From: Mobula hypostoma
Lineage: Eukaryota
Reading direction: 5' to 3'
DNA: 64,000 bases
Assembly (NCBI RefSeq): GCF_963921235.1
Contig: NC_086108.1
Location: forward strand, 42,162,001 to 42,226,000
Both the position numbers and the translations under genes were made by a program. The notes under the pieces are model-generated. The model saw nothing but the letters and a program-made list of their open reading frames with translations. It was not told the DNA's origin and did no database searches. Shown here in pieces: positions 48,630-62,649 of the stretch. Positions within the stretch are counted from its first letter, which is position 1. The number at the start of each line of letters is the position of its first letter.

Positions 48630-51600
48630 TGGAATTTTGAAGGAATGGTGGCTTTTATGTACTTCCCCCTTTCCCCACTCAGTCCATCATGAGAAGGTAA
48701 TTACTCAGTGAACTATCTCATTTTTCCCAAGTTTATATTTTGGATAGTGGACAGCATTGCTAAAGCCACTATTTATTGGCCATTCCTAATTGCGCCTGAG
48801 AAAATCTTGGTGAGTTGCCTCTTGAACCATTGCTGTTCAACACAAAAGGATATTCTAACACTGGGGACAATCCAAAGGAGGTGAACTAAATTAGTTCCTG
48901 ATGTAAGAGGATTGCCTTACACCAGTGGATGAAGGAATTTCATACCAACACTGAGGATCACTTGTTTGATCATCAATCTCTTTTACATCTAAATTTGCTT
49001 ATTCTGACTCAGAAGAAAGCCATTTATTTTCTTTCAATGATACAGCGTCAAGTAGGCCCTTCTGGCCCTTCGCACCATGCTACCCCAGCAACCCCTGACA
49101 AACCCGGTTAATCTACCTGGTGTGTCTCTGGACTGTGGGAGGAAACCAGAGCACCCGGGGGAACCCACGTGTGCCACGGGAAGGATGTACAGCGACTCCT
49201 CTCAGAGTGATGCCGGAATTGAACTCCAGAACGACCGGAGTTGTAATAAAGATAATCACTAAGCTACCACGGCACCCATTTGGCCCATTGGTCTTTGCCT
49301 GTTCTGAGCGGAGCGCTTCCTTCAGTTCCATTTTGTCTCTCTCTCTCAACTGCCATGGGATCAAGGATGACTTCAGAATCAGGCTTCATACCACTGGCAT
49401 ATGACATGAAATTTGTTGTTTTTAGCAGCAGCAGTAAATTGCAATAGATAATTTAAAAAATATAAATGATAATAAGAAATTTACAGTAGGTTCTCTTTAC
49501 TTGAGACACATCAGGACCAGTACATTTTGGCCCAATTACGCGGCTGCCCCAATTAGCCAAAGTTTCATGGAAGTAGTTAAAAAGGCATAAAAAAAGACCA
49601 ACTACCATTTAATTGGGTAACAAGTTATGTATTTAAATGAAATACAGAACAAATTAGAACATTGCCAATGCTACTGGTGGTTATGTGTAGAATCCGATGA
49701 TGAAAGGAAATCTGTGCGGGAGAGTTTTTAAAGTGGAAGAGCCGTTGTACTGGGGCAGTTCTACTTCCCCAACCTCGAAAGTCCAGGTCCAGTGAGACGG
49801 GTAGACGTTGCCACTGGGATCTTCCCTGGTTGCAATGGGTGACCATGACTACCTCTGTGCCTTGTCATGCTCTTTGCTCTCCACACAGAACCACCTTCCT
49901 GGACATTTGATCTCACTGTGGATCTCTTCCACCCGAGAGCTGACTTCGCGTGCTCGGACCACCACATCCCTATCTCACTGGAGTATGAGGCCAGCTGGCC
50001 TGGTTGCTGTTGCATGCAAATGGCTACTTGGTGAGAGCCGAGTGTCTGCTGGGGAATGAAAGTAACATTCAAGATGATTATTGATATCTTAATTCTTCGT
50101 AGTCCCTAACTTATTGAAGGAGTGAAAACATTTCATTTTCACTCTCAGTCATTCCAAACATTCCCAACTCTGAATACTTGAAACCATAGTGATCAAAACA
50201 GTTCTGAATTGTCTTAATGCTTATTTCTTGCCAACTATCAGTGACAAAAACGACTGCTTTTTGAACACATACACGCACGATTGATGCTCTTTTAAAAACT
50301 GTTCACTCTGAGCACAGTGTAGTGTCTAATGGCCACAGCAGGTGCAGGCAATAGATACTATTTAGAAAATGTTTGGTAACTGTCTCCTGCCCCTGTTAGT
50401 GGCTTAATGTCCCAAATAAGCTGCTGCCCCAATTAACCAGAATACAAAGCATATATAAAAAATAAATAGTCGTGCAAAAAGAGAGCAAAAAAAAAGCGAG
50501 GTAGTGTTCATGGATTTATTATCCGTTCAGAAGTCTGATGGAGAAGGGGAAGAAGCTGTTCGTGAAATGTGTGTCTTCAGGCTCCTGTACTACCACGTCA
50601 ACGGTAGCAGTGAGATGAGGGCACGGCCTGTATGATGAGAGTCCTTAATAATGGATGCCGCCTTTTTCGAAGCATCGCCTTTTGAAGTTGCCCTCGATGC
50701 TGGGGAGGCTAGTGTCCATGATGGAGCTGGCTGTTTACAGCTTTCTGTAGCTTTTTCTGATCCTTTGCGGTGACCCCTCCGTACCAGATAGCGATGTACA
50801 TAGTTAGAGTGCTCCCCCTTGGTATGTTTGTAGAAATTTGCGTGAGTTTTTGGTGACATACTAAGTCTCCTCAAATTCCCAATGAAATATAGCTGCTGTT
50901 GTGACTTCCTTGTAATTGGATCGATTATATTGGGCCCAGGATCCATCTTCGGAGATGTTGACAGCCAGGATCCTTTCCACTGCTGATCCTTTGATGAGGA
51001 CTGGTGTGTGCTCCCTCAACTTTCCCGTCCTGAATTCCACGAAGTTCTAAATTTATTATAAAAGTATGTATACAGTGTACAACCTTGAGATTTGTCTTCT
51101 TGCAGGCAGCCACAAAACAAAAAAAATGCAATAGAACCCATTTAAAGAAAAAACCCACACAACAAAACCATCAAGCACCCAATGTGTGAAAGAAAAGAAC
51201 AAATTCCGCAAACAGTAAAAACTAAATGAATGCCATTAACTGCAGAAACCCCAGACTCGAGTCCGTAGCTGTGGAGCCACTGAGGCAAGTGAAGCTGGTC
51301 CAGCAGCCCGATGGCTACAGGTCGTAGCCACTGAGCGCTGTGCTGATGGTTGCAGGCCATAGCTGCAGAGTAGGTTCAGCACTGAAGCATCTTGATCAAA
51401 TTGCGCAAATAGTAAAAAAGAATTAAACAAAAGCACAAGGAACATGAACTGCAGAGCCCCTGATAGTGAAGCCACAGGTGCGGAGCACATTCAGCGCTGA
51501 GGTGAGCAAAGCCCATCGAGTGGCCCGATGGATGCAGAGCACAGTTGCCCCGGAACCTGGTGGCGTTGGACCCAAGACTTCGGCGCCTTCCGTCCGCAAG

Positions 51601-54600
51601 CAGCGACAAGAAGAGACCAGTCAAACACGGACAGGCAGCGCTGAACACCTGTTCATTTCCGCTCTCGTCCTCGCCAATTTTAATCTTGCTTGACACTTTA
51701 ATTGGCATGGAGTAATGGCGCTGTTAGGAATCGATGCAGCATGCACCCTCAGCGGTGGCCATAGCTGCACTCATGCATCCTGCCAAGAATACTGTACACT
51801 ATGGAGACACAAGAGACTGATGAGGCTGGACTGCAGGAGCAAGGCAGAAGATGCTGGAGGAACTCAGTGGGTTAGGCAACATCTGTGCATGGAAATAAAC
51901 AGTCTGGATTAAGTTGGTGGTGAGCTGCTGTCTTGAAATGCTTCAGTCCTTGAGCTGTAGGTAGCCCCATCATGCTGTTAGGGACAGAGTTCCAGGGTTT
52001 TGACCCAGTGACAGTGAAGAAACAGTAATATGTTTCCAAGTTGGATGGGTGTGTGGCTTGGACCACAACTTCCAGGCGGTGGTGATGTTCCCTTGCATTA
52101 GTTACCCTTGTCCTTCAAACTGGTAAAGGTCATGGATTTGGAAATGCTGGTGCTTCAAAGTTATTATTCAAATAACAAAAATAATTATCACCTATCCCTA
52201 ATAATGTGAATGCATCTACATCAGGTGGTTTATCTTGAGCTTTCAGGAATATTTGCCTTCGGGCTTAATTTGCTTCTGTTCTCCCCGCTTTTTGTGGTAT
52301 TTTTTTTTAAAACATCCCCCAGCAGCTACTGCTGCAATAACTGGCACTCAGGAGCTTTTCCTGCTGGATGATGAACAGACAGGTCCATCATTCTGTCTCC
52401 CAACTGGCCTATACCCAATCCAGCAGGATCTTCACTAAGTTCAATAAATGAGTGTACTCCCCTGCCCCAAGTCCTTACATCATTCGTAGATCCCCAACTC
52501 CTTGTGATCCAGTGCTGGCATATGTTGGTATGTACCTGGAGGTTGGATATTTAGGAGTTGGAAAGAGGTGAATGGGGACTAAACCACTGCTGGAGACTTT
52601 TCCTGGGAAGGAGTGGTCTGTGACAACCTGGGGAGAGAAAACTGCAGTGTGCAGTTGGTAAGTATGACTGGCTTGTCAGTTATTGCGATATCTGCCCAAT
52701 TAGTATTCTCAGGACAGCGAAAGTCATTGCATAAGCAATGTCATTCCAGGTACCAAACAGCTACTTAACTTGAAGGGTACCTCATTCATATTCTGTGTTA
52801 TATTGGAACAATGTGATTATTTATCCAATGCCTTGGCCACTAACATTCTGTTGACATTAGCTGTTTCATCTTCAGAGAGAGGTGTAATCAGTCAGTTCTT
52901 TTAATGTTTCAGCACCTATAACCTTCCCACAGACTTCATAGTTCAAAGTAAATTTATTATCCAAGTTCATATATGTCACCCCATACAACCCTGAGATTCA
53001 TTTTCCTGTGGGCATATTCAACAAATTCAATAACCGTAATAGAAATGATGGAAGTGCACCAACTGGGCGTATAACCAGTGTGCAAAAGACCACAAACTGT
53101 GCAAATACAAAAAGAAAGAAAAAACAAACAAACAAACAAACAAATAAATAAATAAATACGTACATATGTAAGCAAGCAAGCAATATGGAGAACATGAGAT
53201 GAAGAGTCCTTGAAAGTGAGTCCATAGGTCGTAGGAAAATTCCAGTGATGGGCAAGTGAAGTTATCTTCTGATATATTTTAAATGTTGTTTTTGAAATAG
53301 CATTCATTGCAGAGAGAAAAATGAGCAACCAGGATTCTGGTTTTGAAGAAAAAGTGTCAGTGTACAAATGAAAATGAGCTAAGGAGTTTAATAATAGCTG
53401 CCAAAAGTGAATAACCATGAACAGTTGGTATCACCTAAAAGCCAACACGATTATAACTTCATGGTAGCATATCATCCTTTGGACGAAATAGCTCAGTACA
53501 GGGAACAATACAGGCTTGTAGGAATGTTCAGGGGTATGCACAATCATTTGAATACTTTTACAACTATCGTGTAATGCTGAAAAAGCTTGGCCTGGGCTGC
53601 AGTTTGGTTGATAAAATTCTCTCTTCAGTTCAATGATGGAGGGTTCAAAGCTCCCTCTAGAGTTTTGAGTTCAAAAATGATTAAACTGAGGGCCCATCTG
53701 CTCTCTTGGGCAGTGCAATTTTGTTTAAAAAAAAGCAAAATGCTGTTATCTCTGGTGTCTTAGCAGCTGTTTTAAAGTCTGTCTTTAATTCATTCTTTTT
53801 AGTGTATTGTATTTGGGGAGAACATTCAGTAAAGTTGCCTTGGCTGTTTTGTTGCAGCTGAAGGAGATGAAACTACAGTGACCTTGTAGAGTGATTGAAT
53901 CTGCACTTTGCAGTACAAATGCTGAATACAGTTGTACTTTTGTGTTTATACATACCTGGAAAATCTGGACCACGGTTAAAATTTTCTTTTAGAATTATGG
54001 CCTCCATATTTTCAGTGTTGTGAAAATAATACTGACATTTCTATTTCTTCCAAATTTTGATTGCTTGTCAAATTGTTGTGAAGTCAAATACTGGTGTAGA
54101 ATACTAAGCTGTTGCAGAGCACACCGAGCGGTATGGAATGCATGTTGGATAAGTACTTTTATTCTTAATTTATGTGGTAAGATTTCCAAAAATATGTTGC
54201 ACATCCAGTTATTCAGTGCCTTTACAATCTAAGGGTTATTTAGGTAGCATTCATTCAATGTGTTAAACGATGTATTGGTCGAAGATACCATTTTCCCAAT
54301 CGATCAAAGGTTGGTTTATGGTTGTTGATTGTTGACCAGATGCACTGTCCTGATCACTTGCTTCAATTTGGCATGGATGCGGCTCACGATGCTTTGGTGA
54401 TTTTATTACATCATTTGATTCCTTTTGTTGCAGGCAGCTAAGTGTTTTGATATCCTGATGGGGAAGGGAGTAAGTCTTGAATGAGTATTGGAGACAAAGG
54501 AGAACAAAACTGCAAACTTGGCATTTTGTAAACAATTTTACCTCTGTCATCCCACTGCCAGCATCTTTATATCCACTTTCAGGGTGCCACAGAAAGTTGA

Positions 54601-54849
54601 AATGGCTGACTTCAAGTGAATCTGGAAGCTCTTTGCCAGAGCTGGTGCCATTAATTTGCAGTGTTATACAGGTCCAGAAAAACTTGATTAATTCTTTACT
54701 GTTCACTTTTTTTTTGATGGTAATGAAGGGTATAAGTTTGTTTTAATGCAGGTACTGAGTGTGCTAGTGCCAGTGGTATTTGACACCATTGACATAGAAA
54801 GGGCTATAACTCAGAGTGGAGGCTCTTCTCTAAGAATAGAGGTTGAATG

Positions 54850-56890
54850 AATTGGGAGAAGATGAGAGAGCAACGCCACAAGATAGTGAGGGAGAGTGTG
54901 ATAGACCAGAGCAGAAATGCAAGTCAAAATATGCAAAGCAGAGCATATCCAGAGTGGTAATTAACTGTAAAAAAAAAATGAAAGCTAAATATTCTTTATT
55001 TTAATACACCTAGTATTTGCAACAAAACAGAAGAGTTGACAGCACAAGTAGTAACATATGAATATGATGGAGAAGACATGGTTATAGTGTGAGCAGGTGC
55101 AGTATATTCTAGGTTATATACTATTTCTAAAGGACAGCCAAAGGGAGAGGAAGTTAGGGTGAATATGGTAGTTACAGAAATGCACCTGAGCAGTGCTAAG
55201 AAATACTAAAATGGAAGTGTCTCAATAAATAAATAAATAAACACATACATACATACATACATACATAAATAAAATAGGTCTGTGTTAACATCATGAATAG
55301 TAGGGAAGGAAGACGCAGCTGGGAGCAGTCTATAGACTTCCCAGAATTTGATGTCTCAGTTAGTCAGAGAATAAATGGGGAAATGCCTGGGTCATTTTGA
55401 ATTGCAGTGAACTGAAGTTATCATGGGAGGTTCCAAACTGATTGGATAAGCTAAACTGGCAAGAGTATTTGAGATGAAGAATTCGCAGAATGCATTTGAA
55501 TTGCTTTTTACGGCAGTGCATTGCAAAGCAACCCAGGAATGGGCTGTTTTACATTTGGTCTTGTGTAATGAGGAAGCATGAATCAGGGAGCTTGTGAAAG
55601 ATTCCCAAGGGGATAGTAACCACAACATGATAGAATTCCAATACAGTTTGAGGATAAACACCATAGCTCCATAACCCATGCCTTCAATATAAATAAGGAC
55701 AATTATAATGGCACGATGGAGGATTTTTAAGATGGAGTAATTGAGCTATGAGTAGATGGACACTGGCTGCTGTTCAAGCAGCTGGTCTGCACTGCTCAGC
55801 AAGCGTTTATCCCAGACAAGAAGAAGGATCCCATGAGAAAGAGACACAATGATAGTTAACAAAAGAGGAAAAGAATTATGTTACATTGAAAAGTGGGATG
55901 CAAGTTTTTTTTTTAGGATCCAGAAGACTAACAACCTCAAAATGGGAGAAAATGAAGGAAGGAATTATTAATCCAGTATTACAGGAATCAATTCTTGGCT
56001 CAGAATAGTTCACTATTGACATTAAAGACCTGGAGGAAGAAACAGTAGAGCAGGTTTACAAATTAGCCAATGATATCATTGAGTATGTTGTGATAATGCT
56101 GCAATACTTCTATAGTATATAGACAGAGTGAGTGTGTGGGCAAAAGACTGGCAACTGGAGTTTAATGTGTGCAACTGTGAGGTGATACACTGGAAAGAGA
56201 AATCTAAAAACATCTCAAGTGAGAGAGGTTGCAAATGAGTGACGTACAGAGGCGTCTTGGTGTTCTGGTGCATGAATCGCAGAAAGCTAGGAGACACATT
56301 CAGCAAGTAGTTAAGGTAATCAACATTTTGTCTTTGCAAAGGGGTTGGAGTTTAAGAAAAAAGGAGGTTTTAATGCAGTTGGAATACTGTACACAGTTTT
56401 AGTCCTCTTGACTAAAAAGCACGTAGTCACAATATAGGCAGTACAAAGGGGACTGAGCTAGTCATGGGCAGAGCGTTGCCCTACACAGAGGTGAGAAATT
56501 GTTTGGGCCTGTATTCCTTGGAGTTTAAAAGAATGCGGCGTTACCTTATTCAAAAGTATAAGATCCTTCACAGGGAAGATGTTGGGACGTTTTCATTAGT
56601 GGGAGAGTCTGAAAGAAGGGGAGACGACTAGCAGAAAAGGGGCAGGTCATTTAAAAGAAAGGAATTGAATCTGTGGAATTCTCTGCTCCAGAAGGTTGTG
56701 GTGGCTAGATCATAAAAAAACGTATTTTAAAATGGAGGTAGGTAAATATGTGATAAATTGACAAATAAAGGACCAAATGCCATGGATAAGGAATTGGAAA
56801 CAAAGATCAGCTGTAACCATATTACTTGGTGGTCCAAGCTTGTTGGGCCTAATGGCTTACCCCTGCTCTATTTTCATGTATTCTTGTGTA
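54850..56890 (+). mobile_element. Very old CR1 remnant
   Basis: Degenerate endonuclease and RT-like segments, with a CR1-type tail ggcctaatggcttacccctgctctattttcatgt. Confidence 0.6.
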
Positions 56891-56894
56891 CTTA

Positions 56895-58635
56895 TAGATA
56901 GATAGATATACTTTATTGATCCCGAGGGAAATTAGGTTTCGTTACAGTTGCACCGACCAAGAATAGAGTATAAATATAGCAATATGAAACCATAAATAAT
57001 TAAATAATAATATGTTAATTATGCCAGATGGAAATGTCCAGGACCAGCCTATTGGCTCAGGGTGTCTGACCCTCCAAGGGAGGAGTTGTAAAGTTTGATG
57101 GCCACAGGCAGGAATGACTTCCTGTGACGCTCTGTGTTGCATCTCGGTGGAATGAGTCTCTGGCTGAATGTACTCCTGTGCCCAACCAGTCCATTATGTA
57201 GTGGATGGGAGACATTGTCCAAGATGGCATGCAACTTAGACAGCATCCTCTTTTCAGACACCACCGTGAGAGAGTCCAGTTCGATCCCCACATCACTGGC
57301 CTTACGAATGAGTTTGTTGATTCTGTTGTTGTCTGCTACCCTCAGCCTGCTGCCCCAGCACACAACAGCAAACATGATAGCACTGGCCACCACAGACTCG
57401 TAGAGCATCCACAGCATTGTTGGACAGATGTTAAACGACCTCAGTCTCCTCAGGAAATAGAGACAGCTCTGACCCTTCTTGTAGACAACCTCAGTGTTCT
57501 TTGACCAGTCCAGTTTATTGTCAATTCGTATCCCCAGGTATTTGTAATCCTCCACCATGTCCACACTGACCCCCTGGATGGAAACAGGGGTCACCGGTGC
57601 CTTAGCCCTCCTCAGGTCTACCACCAGCTCCTTAGTCTTTTTCACATTAAGCTGGAGATAATTCTGCTCACACCATGTGACAAAAGTTTCCCATCGTAGC
57701 CCTGTACTCAGCCTCATCTCCCTTGCTGATGCATCCAACTATGGCAGAGTCATCAGAAAACTTCTGAAGAAGGCAAGACTCTGTGCAGTAGTTGAAGTCT
57801 GAGGTGTAGATGGTGAAGAGAAAGGGAGACCGGACAGTCCCCTGTGGAGTCCCAGTGCTGCTGATCACTCTGTCTGACACACAATGTTGCAAGCACACGT
57901 ACTGTGGTTTGTCAGTCAGGTAATCAATGATCCATGACACCAGGAAGGCATCCACCTGCATCGCTGTCAGCTTCTCCCCCGGCAGAGCAGGGCGGATGGT
58001 GTTGAATGCACTGGAGAAGTCAAAAAACATGACCCTCACAGTGCTCGCTGGCTTGTCCAGGTGGGCGTAGACACGGTTCAGCAGGTAGACAGTGGCATCC
58101 TCAACTCCTAATCGGGGCTGGTAGGTGATCTGGAGGGGATCTAAGTGTGGCCTAACCATAGGCTGGAGCTGCTCCAGAACAAGTCTCTCCAGGGTCTTCA
58201 TGATGTGGGAGGTCAATGCCACCGGTCTGTAGTCATTGAAGCCGCTGGGGCGCGGTGTCTTTGGCACAGGGACGAGGCAGAACTTCTTCCACAGCACAGG
58301 AACCCTCAGGAGACTCAGGCTCAGGTTAAAGATATGGTGAAGTACTCCACATAGCTGGGGAGCACAGGCTTTGAGCACCCTGGTACTGACACCATCCGGG
58401 CCTGCAGCCTTGCTTGGGTGGAGACGTTTCAACTGTCTTCTCACCTGTTCAGCTGTGAAGCCCACTGTGGTGGTTTTGTGTGGGGGAGGGGTATAGTCAT
58501 GAGAGCAGGGTGGGGGGCTGTGAGGAGGGGTAGGAGGGGAGAGTGGAGTATGTGTTGGTTGGGGGCTGACAACAGATGAATCATGTGGGGGATGGGCAGG
58601 GGCCACAATGTCAAATCTGTTAAAGAACAGGTTAT
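56895..58635 (-). mobile_element. Rex1/Babar-type LINE, 5'-truncated
   Basis: KAAGPDG, DYRPVALTSHIMKTLERL, FFDFSSAFNTI, PQGTV, KFSDD and KKTKELVVD. (GATA)n tail at about 56895-56908. Confidence 0.92.
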
Positions 58636-59120
58636 TGTATTCATCTCAAAACCAGACCACATGGATTTAAGATGAGAAGTTAAGGGGTTAGGGGGTGATC
58701 GGAGGTAATTTTTTTCACCCAGAAGGTCGTTGCATTCTGGAATGCATGCCTGCAAAGGTAGTGACCAAGGACTATCACGATATTTATGTAGTATCTCGAA
58801 GCACTCGAATCAACAAAGCAAGGAAGGATGCTGATCAGATGCTCACAAATAGGATTAGTATAGATGGGCAGTTGGTGCATCCAAAGACCTGTTTCTATGT
58901 GGATGACTCTAATGTAAGAAGTGGAAAATGAGTATGCACATTAACCTTGCTTGCTCTTCTCAATGGTTGCAGATGGTGTGAAATGTCGTATGCCTGCTTG
59001 TGTCTTGACTCAAGAAGGAACTGTAAATTGATCTTTCTCACTACTTGACATTACCAGCACAATGTAATTGCAATTAATTATGGTGAAGTGATTCATCTTG
59101 CAGAACTCTTGCTATAATTT

Positions 59121-59281
59121 CAAACAAGGGAAAATCTGCAGATGCTGGAATTAAAAGTAATACACACAAAATGCTGGAGCAACTCAGAGTAAGAGTAAAT
59201 GGTTGACGTTTCGTGCCAAGGCACTTCATCAGGACACATCCAGATACATAATCTTGGCCCGAAACATTGACTGTTTACTCC
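59121..59281 (-). mobile_element. Short Penelope-derived insert with an intact hammerhead core (59202-59235, minus strand)
   Basis: gtc-CTGATGA-A-gtgc(cttg)gcac-GAAA-CG-TC-aac. Exact 11-bp TSD tgctataattt at 59110-59120 and 59282-59292. Partial inverted arm. Confidence 0.75.
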
Positions 59282-60394
59282 TGCTATAATTTGTTGAGTG
59301 GCTTTCACGTCACTAGCGAGCCAAAGACTGGGTGATGTTCTGCTGCTGTAAGGACCCGTATAAGTGTTCACACAGGCTTACCACATTGCTCGCTGGCCTT
59401 TAGTTCTCTCTGTGCAGCCTGGATGATGATATCAAGAAAATGTGACACTCGAGCTGGTCATAGATTCCACATTAACCAGACCTATTAATGGAAGGATCAA
59501 AGCTGATGACAAAATGGTGCTGGCACGTGCTTAGATCTTCTAAAAAAAACATTTTGCTTTTATAAGGTCATTGCTTATCAGTTGTCAGGAGTGTGCACTT
59601 GATTTTAGTTCCATAGTACCTGGGCCATACTGGTTCAATCATCTCTCCTATCTGAATTACAGTCCTTGACCTAGACATTAGACTCTGACTGTGCCTTTTT
59701 TTTTTACAGTGCATTCAGATCAATTGTAGATTGGTAAACCAGAAAACAGGCAGTTGAAATATTTTATGTCATACTTAGTGCTACAGAGAGAATTTGAGTG
59801 GCTATTTCTAGGATTCGATGTGATTTCTTGAACAATAGGAATTATTCTCCAGCCTCTATTAATCATTAGTCTATAGTCATTCCCACTATGAATATGTTTA
59901 GCAAAATTATGCTGGAAGGGTCCTTTAAATTTGCCTTTTTTATATACACCTATCCACATATAGAAATGAAGACCCCCCCCCACAACAAACTCATGACCAT
60001 TTCTGTTTCCCTGCTCCGAACTTCAACGTCACGCCCTCCTGAGCATCCATACCTCTAGCACAATTTATCCCCATGGTCTGCCCCATTCCTTATCTTCTCG
60101 AATGCCCAGTCCTACCCCATGATTCCTGGTCAACAGGTTTCTAATCACCTAATCTGACTACCTTCCACTTCCCTGCCATGGCTGTCTCTGCTTATTTTGA
60201 TGCAGATACTCTATAAGGCCTGAATAGTCCCAGGAACACCAGCATTCGCAGACAGCCGTATAAGGTTGGACTCTAAGGCAATGCAATATTTTAATGATGG
60301 ATCCATGGCCTAAAGATGTTATTCTGCGCCATTGTAATGAAGATGAGTGATCTGAGGAAATGTTTTTCTCCCTCCCAGAAGAAGGTTGCATTCT

Positions 60395-61760
60395 GGAATA
60401 CAAGAGATTCTGCAGAGGCTGAAAATCTGGAATCTGGAGTGACAAAATACTGGAGGAACTCAGAGGGTCGGATAGCATGTATAGAAATAAATAAACAGTT
60501 GACGATTCAGGCCGGGACCCTTCATCAGGACTGGAAAGGAAGAGGGAAGGAGCCAAAATAGGAAGGTGGGGGGAGGGGAAGGAATTCAAGCTAGGAGGTG
60601 ATAGGTGAAGCCAGGTGGGTAGGGGAGGGGGAATGAATTAAGAAACTCAGAGGTGATAGGTGAAGCCAGGTGGGTAGGGGAGGGGGAATGAATTAAGAAA
60701 CTCAGAGGTGATAGGTGGAAAAGGTAAAGGGCTGAAGAAGAAGGAAATCTGATAAGAGAGGAGAGTGGACCATGGGAGAAGGGAAGGTGGAGGGGCATCA
60801 GGGGGAGGCAATGGGCATGTGAGGAGAAGGGAAGAGGTAAGGGAGGACCAGAGTGGGAGGGGGGAGAGAGAGAAATCAATGGAAGTTAGAGAAATCGATG
60901 TGCATTTCATCAGGTTGGAACCTACCCAGATGGAATAAGAGATGTTGCTCCTCCAACCTAAGCGTGGCCTCTTCGTGGTAACAGAGGAGGCCATAGACCA
61001 ACCTGTCAGAATGCAATGGGGATTGGAATTAAAATGGTTAGCCACCAGGAAATCTGCTTTATCCAGATGGAACAAAGCTGCTCAGCAATCTGTGTTGGGT
61101 CCCCCAATCTATGTCAGGTCTTATCAATGTAGAGGAGGTCACATCAGAAGCACTGTATGTAGTAGATGACCCCAGCAGGTTTGCAGGTGAAGTGTTGCCT
61201 CACCTGGAAGGACTGTTTGGGGGCCCCAGTGAAGGTAAGGGAATAGGAATATGGGCAGTCTAGCACTTTTTTATGAATAAATGCCAAGAGGGAGATTAGT
61301 GGTCGGGGGCATGGATGAATGAACAAGGGAATTACAGCGGGAGCAATCCCTGCAAAAAGTGTAGAGGTGGGGGGAGGTAAAGATGTGATTGGTGGTAAGA
61401 TCTCATTGAAGATGGCAGAAGTTGTGGAGAATGGTGTGTTGGATATGGAGGCTCATGGGGTGGTAGGTGAGGACAAGAGGAACCCTATCCCTGTTAAGGC
61501 GGTGGGAAGAGATGTGAGTGTGGATGTCCAGGAAATTAAAGCGATGTGGGTGAGGGTAGCATCAATAGTGGAGGAAGGGAAATCCCGTTCTTTGCAGAAG
61601 GTGATTATCCCTGATGGCCTGGAAAGGAAGCCTCATCTTGGGAAAGGTGAAGGAACTGAGAAATGGGACTGGCATTTTTACAGGAAACAGGAAGGGAAGA
61701 GGTATAGCATTCTGGAGTGCTATGCCTGAGAAGTTAGTGGAGGTAGGACTATCAGTGATC
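60395..61760 (-). mobile_element. Penelope-like element remnant (terminal repeat plus GIY-YIG-region fragments)
   Basis: Minus-strand fragments FQVRQHFTCKPAGVIYYIQC and VANHFNS. Degenerate hammerhead at about 60497-60532. Confidence 0.75.
60595..60717 (+). repeat. Exact 55-bp tandem duplication (about 2.2 units)
   Basis: Unit gaggtgataggtgaagccaggtgggtaggggagggggaatgaattaagaaactca starts at 60595 and 60650, with a partial unit at 60705. Confidence 0.95.
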
Positions 61761-62649
61761 CACAGAGAAAACACTACATGTCAGAAGTGAAAAGTCTCCA
61801 GGCTCCATTAGCATATTAGAAATATTTAAAAGTCAAAGTCAAGTTGATGTATGCATAGATACAATGAAATACTTACAGCGGCATCACAAGCACATTGTCA
61901 AACTCAAAATCTATTTTCTGGATGGTAAGATGTTTCTTTGGGTGGTGGGGGTGGAGAAAAGTCTTCATCAAAGGAGGTGGAAAGTGCTCCTTCCCTCTGC
62001 TAACCTGCAAGTCACCCTTAGGTAAGGTGTAGCACCTACTTAGCCCCCCAATCAGGGTTTCGCGAAGCCAAGCAAGCAGTTGGCGGATGGTCGTATGAGC
62101 ATTTGGTGCATGTTTCAAGTCCAGGTTATGCGACCAGTGGCACCAGGCAGACAATCGCTGAAGAGCATTGATACGGCTGGGGTCACCTGTCTTGTAAATT
62201 TGCAGAATATAATATCAGGCCATCCATAAAAATAGGAAAATCAAAAAGTTCAGGAGATTGGTATTGTTTTACTTCGAGTATTCTTAGCTTTGTTTAATAT
62301 ATTGTACAGATACTTATATACAGCCATTGTATTGCATTTGGCAATTGCAACATAGAAGTATGTCAGTGTATTCACAACTCTGAGCTACTGTATTCTGCTC
62401 ATTCACTGATCCTTTTTATTAAACCTCTGAGGAACAGCCAGGTAAAAGTAGCCTTTTACCTACCCTCCTTTCATTTCATTCAACCTTTTTTAGAAAAAAA
62501 CTTAATTCATCCATATAGACACACGACACCGACTACAAGAGTTGGAATATCATGTTGCAACTGCACGTTAATTGAAATAGATGATCTTGTTTGGCAGACA
62601 TATATATGGGTCCCCTTCTGCGCTGTATCACTCTGACCTGCTGAATATT

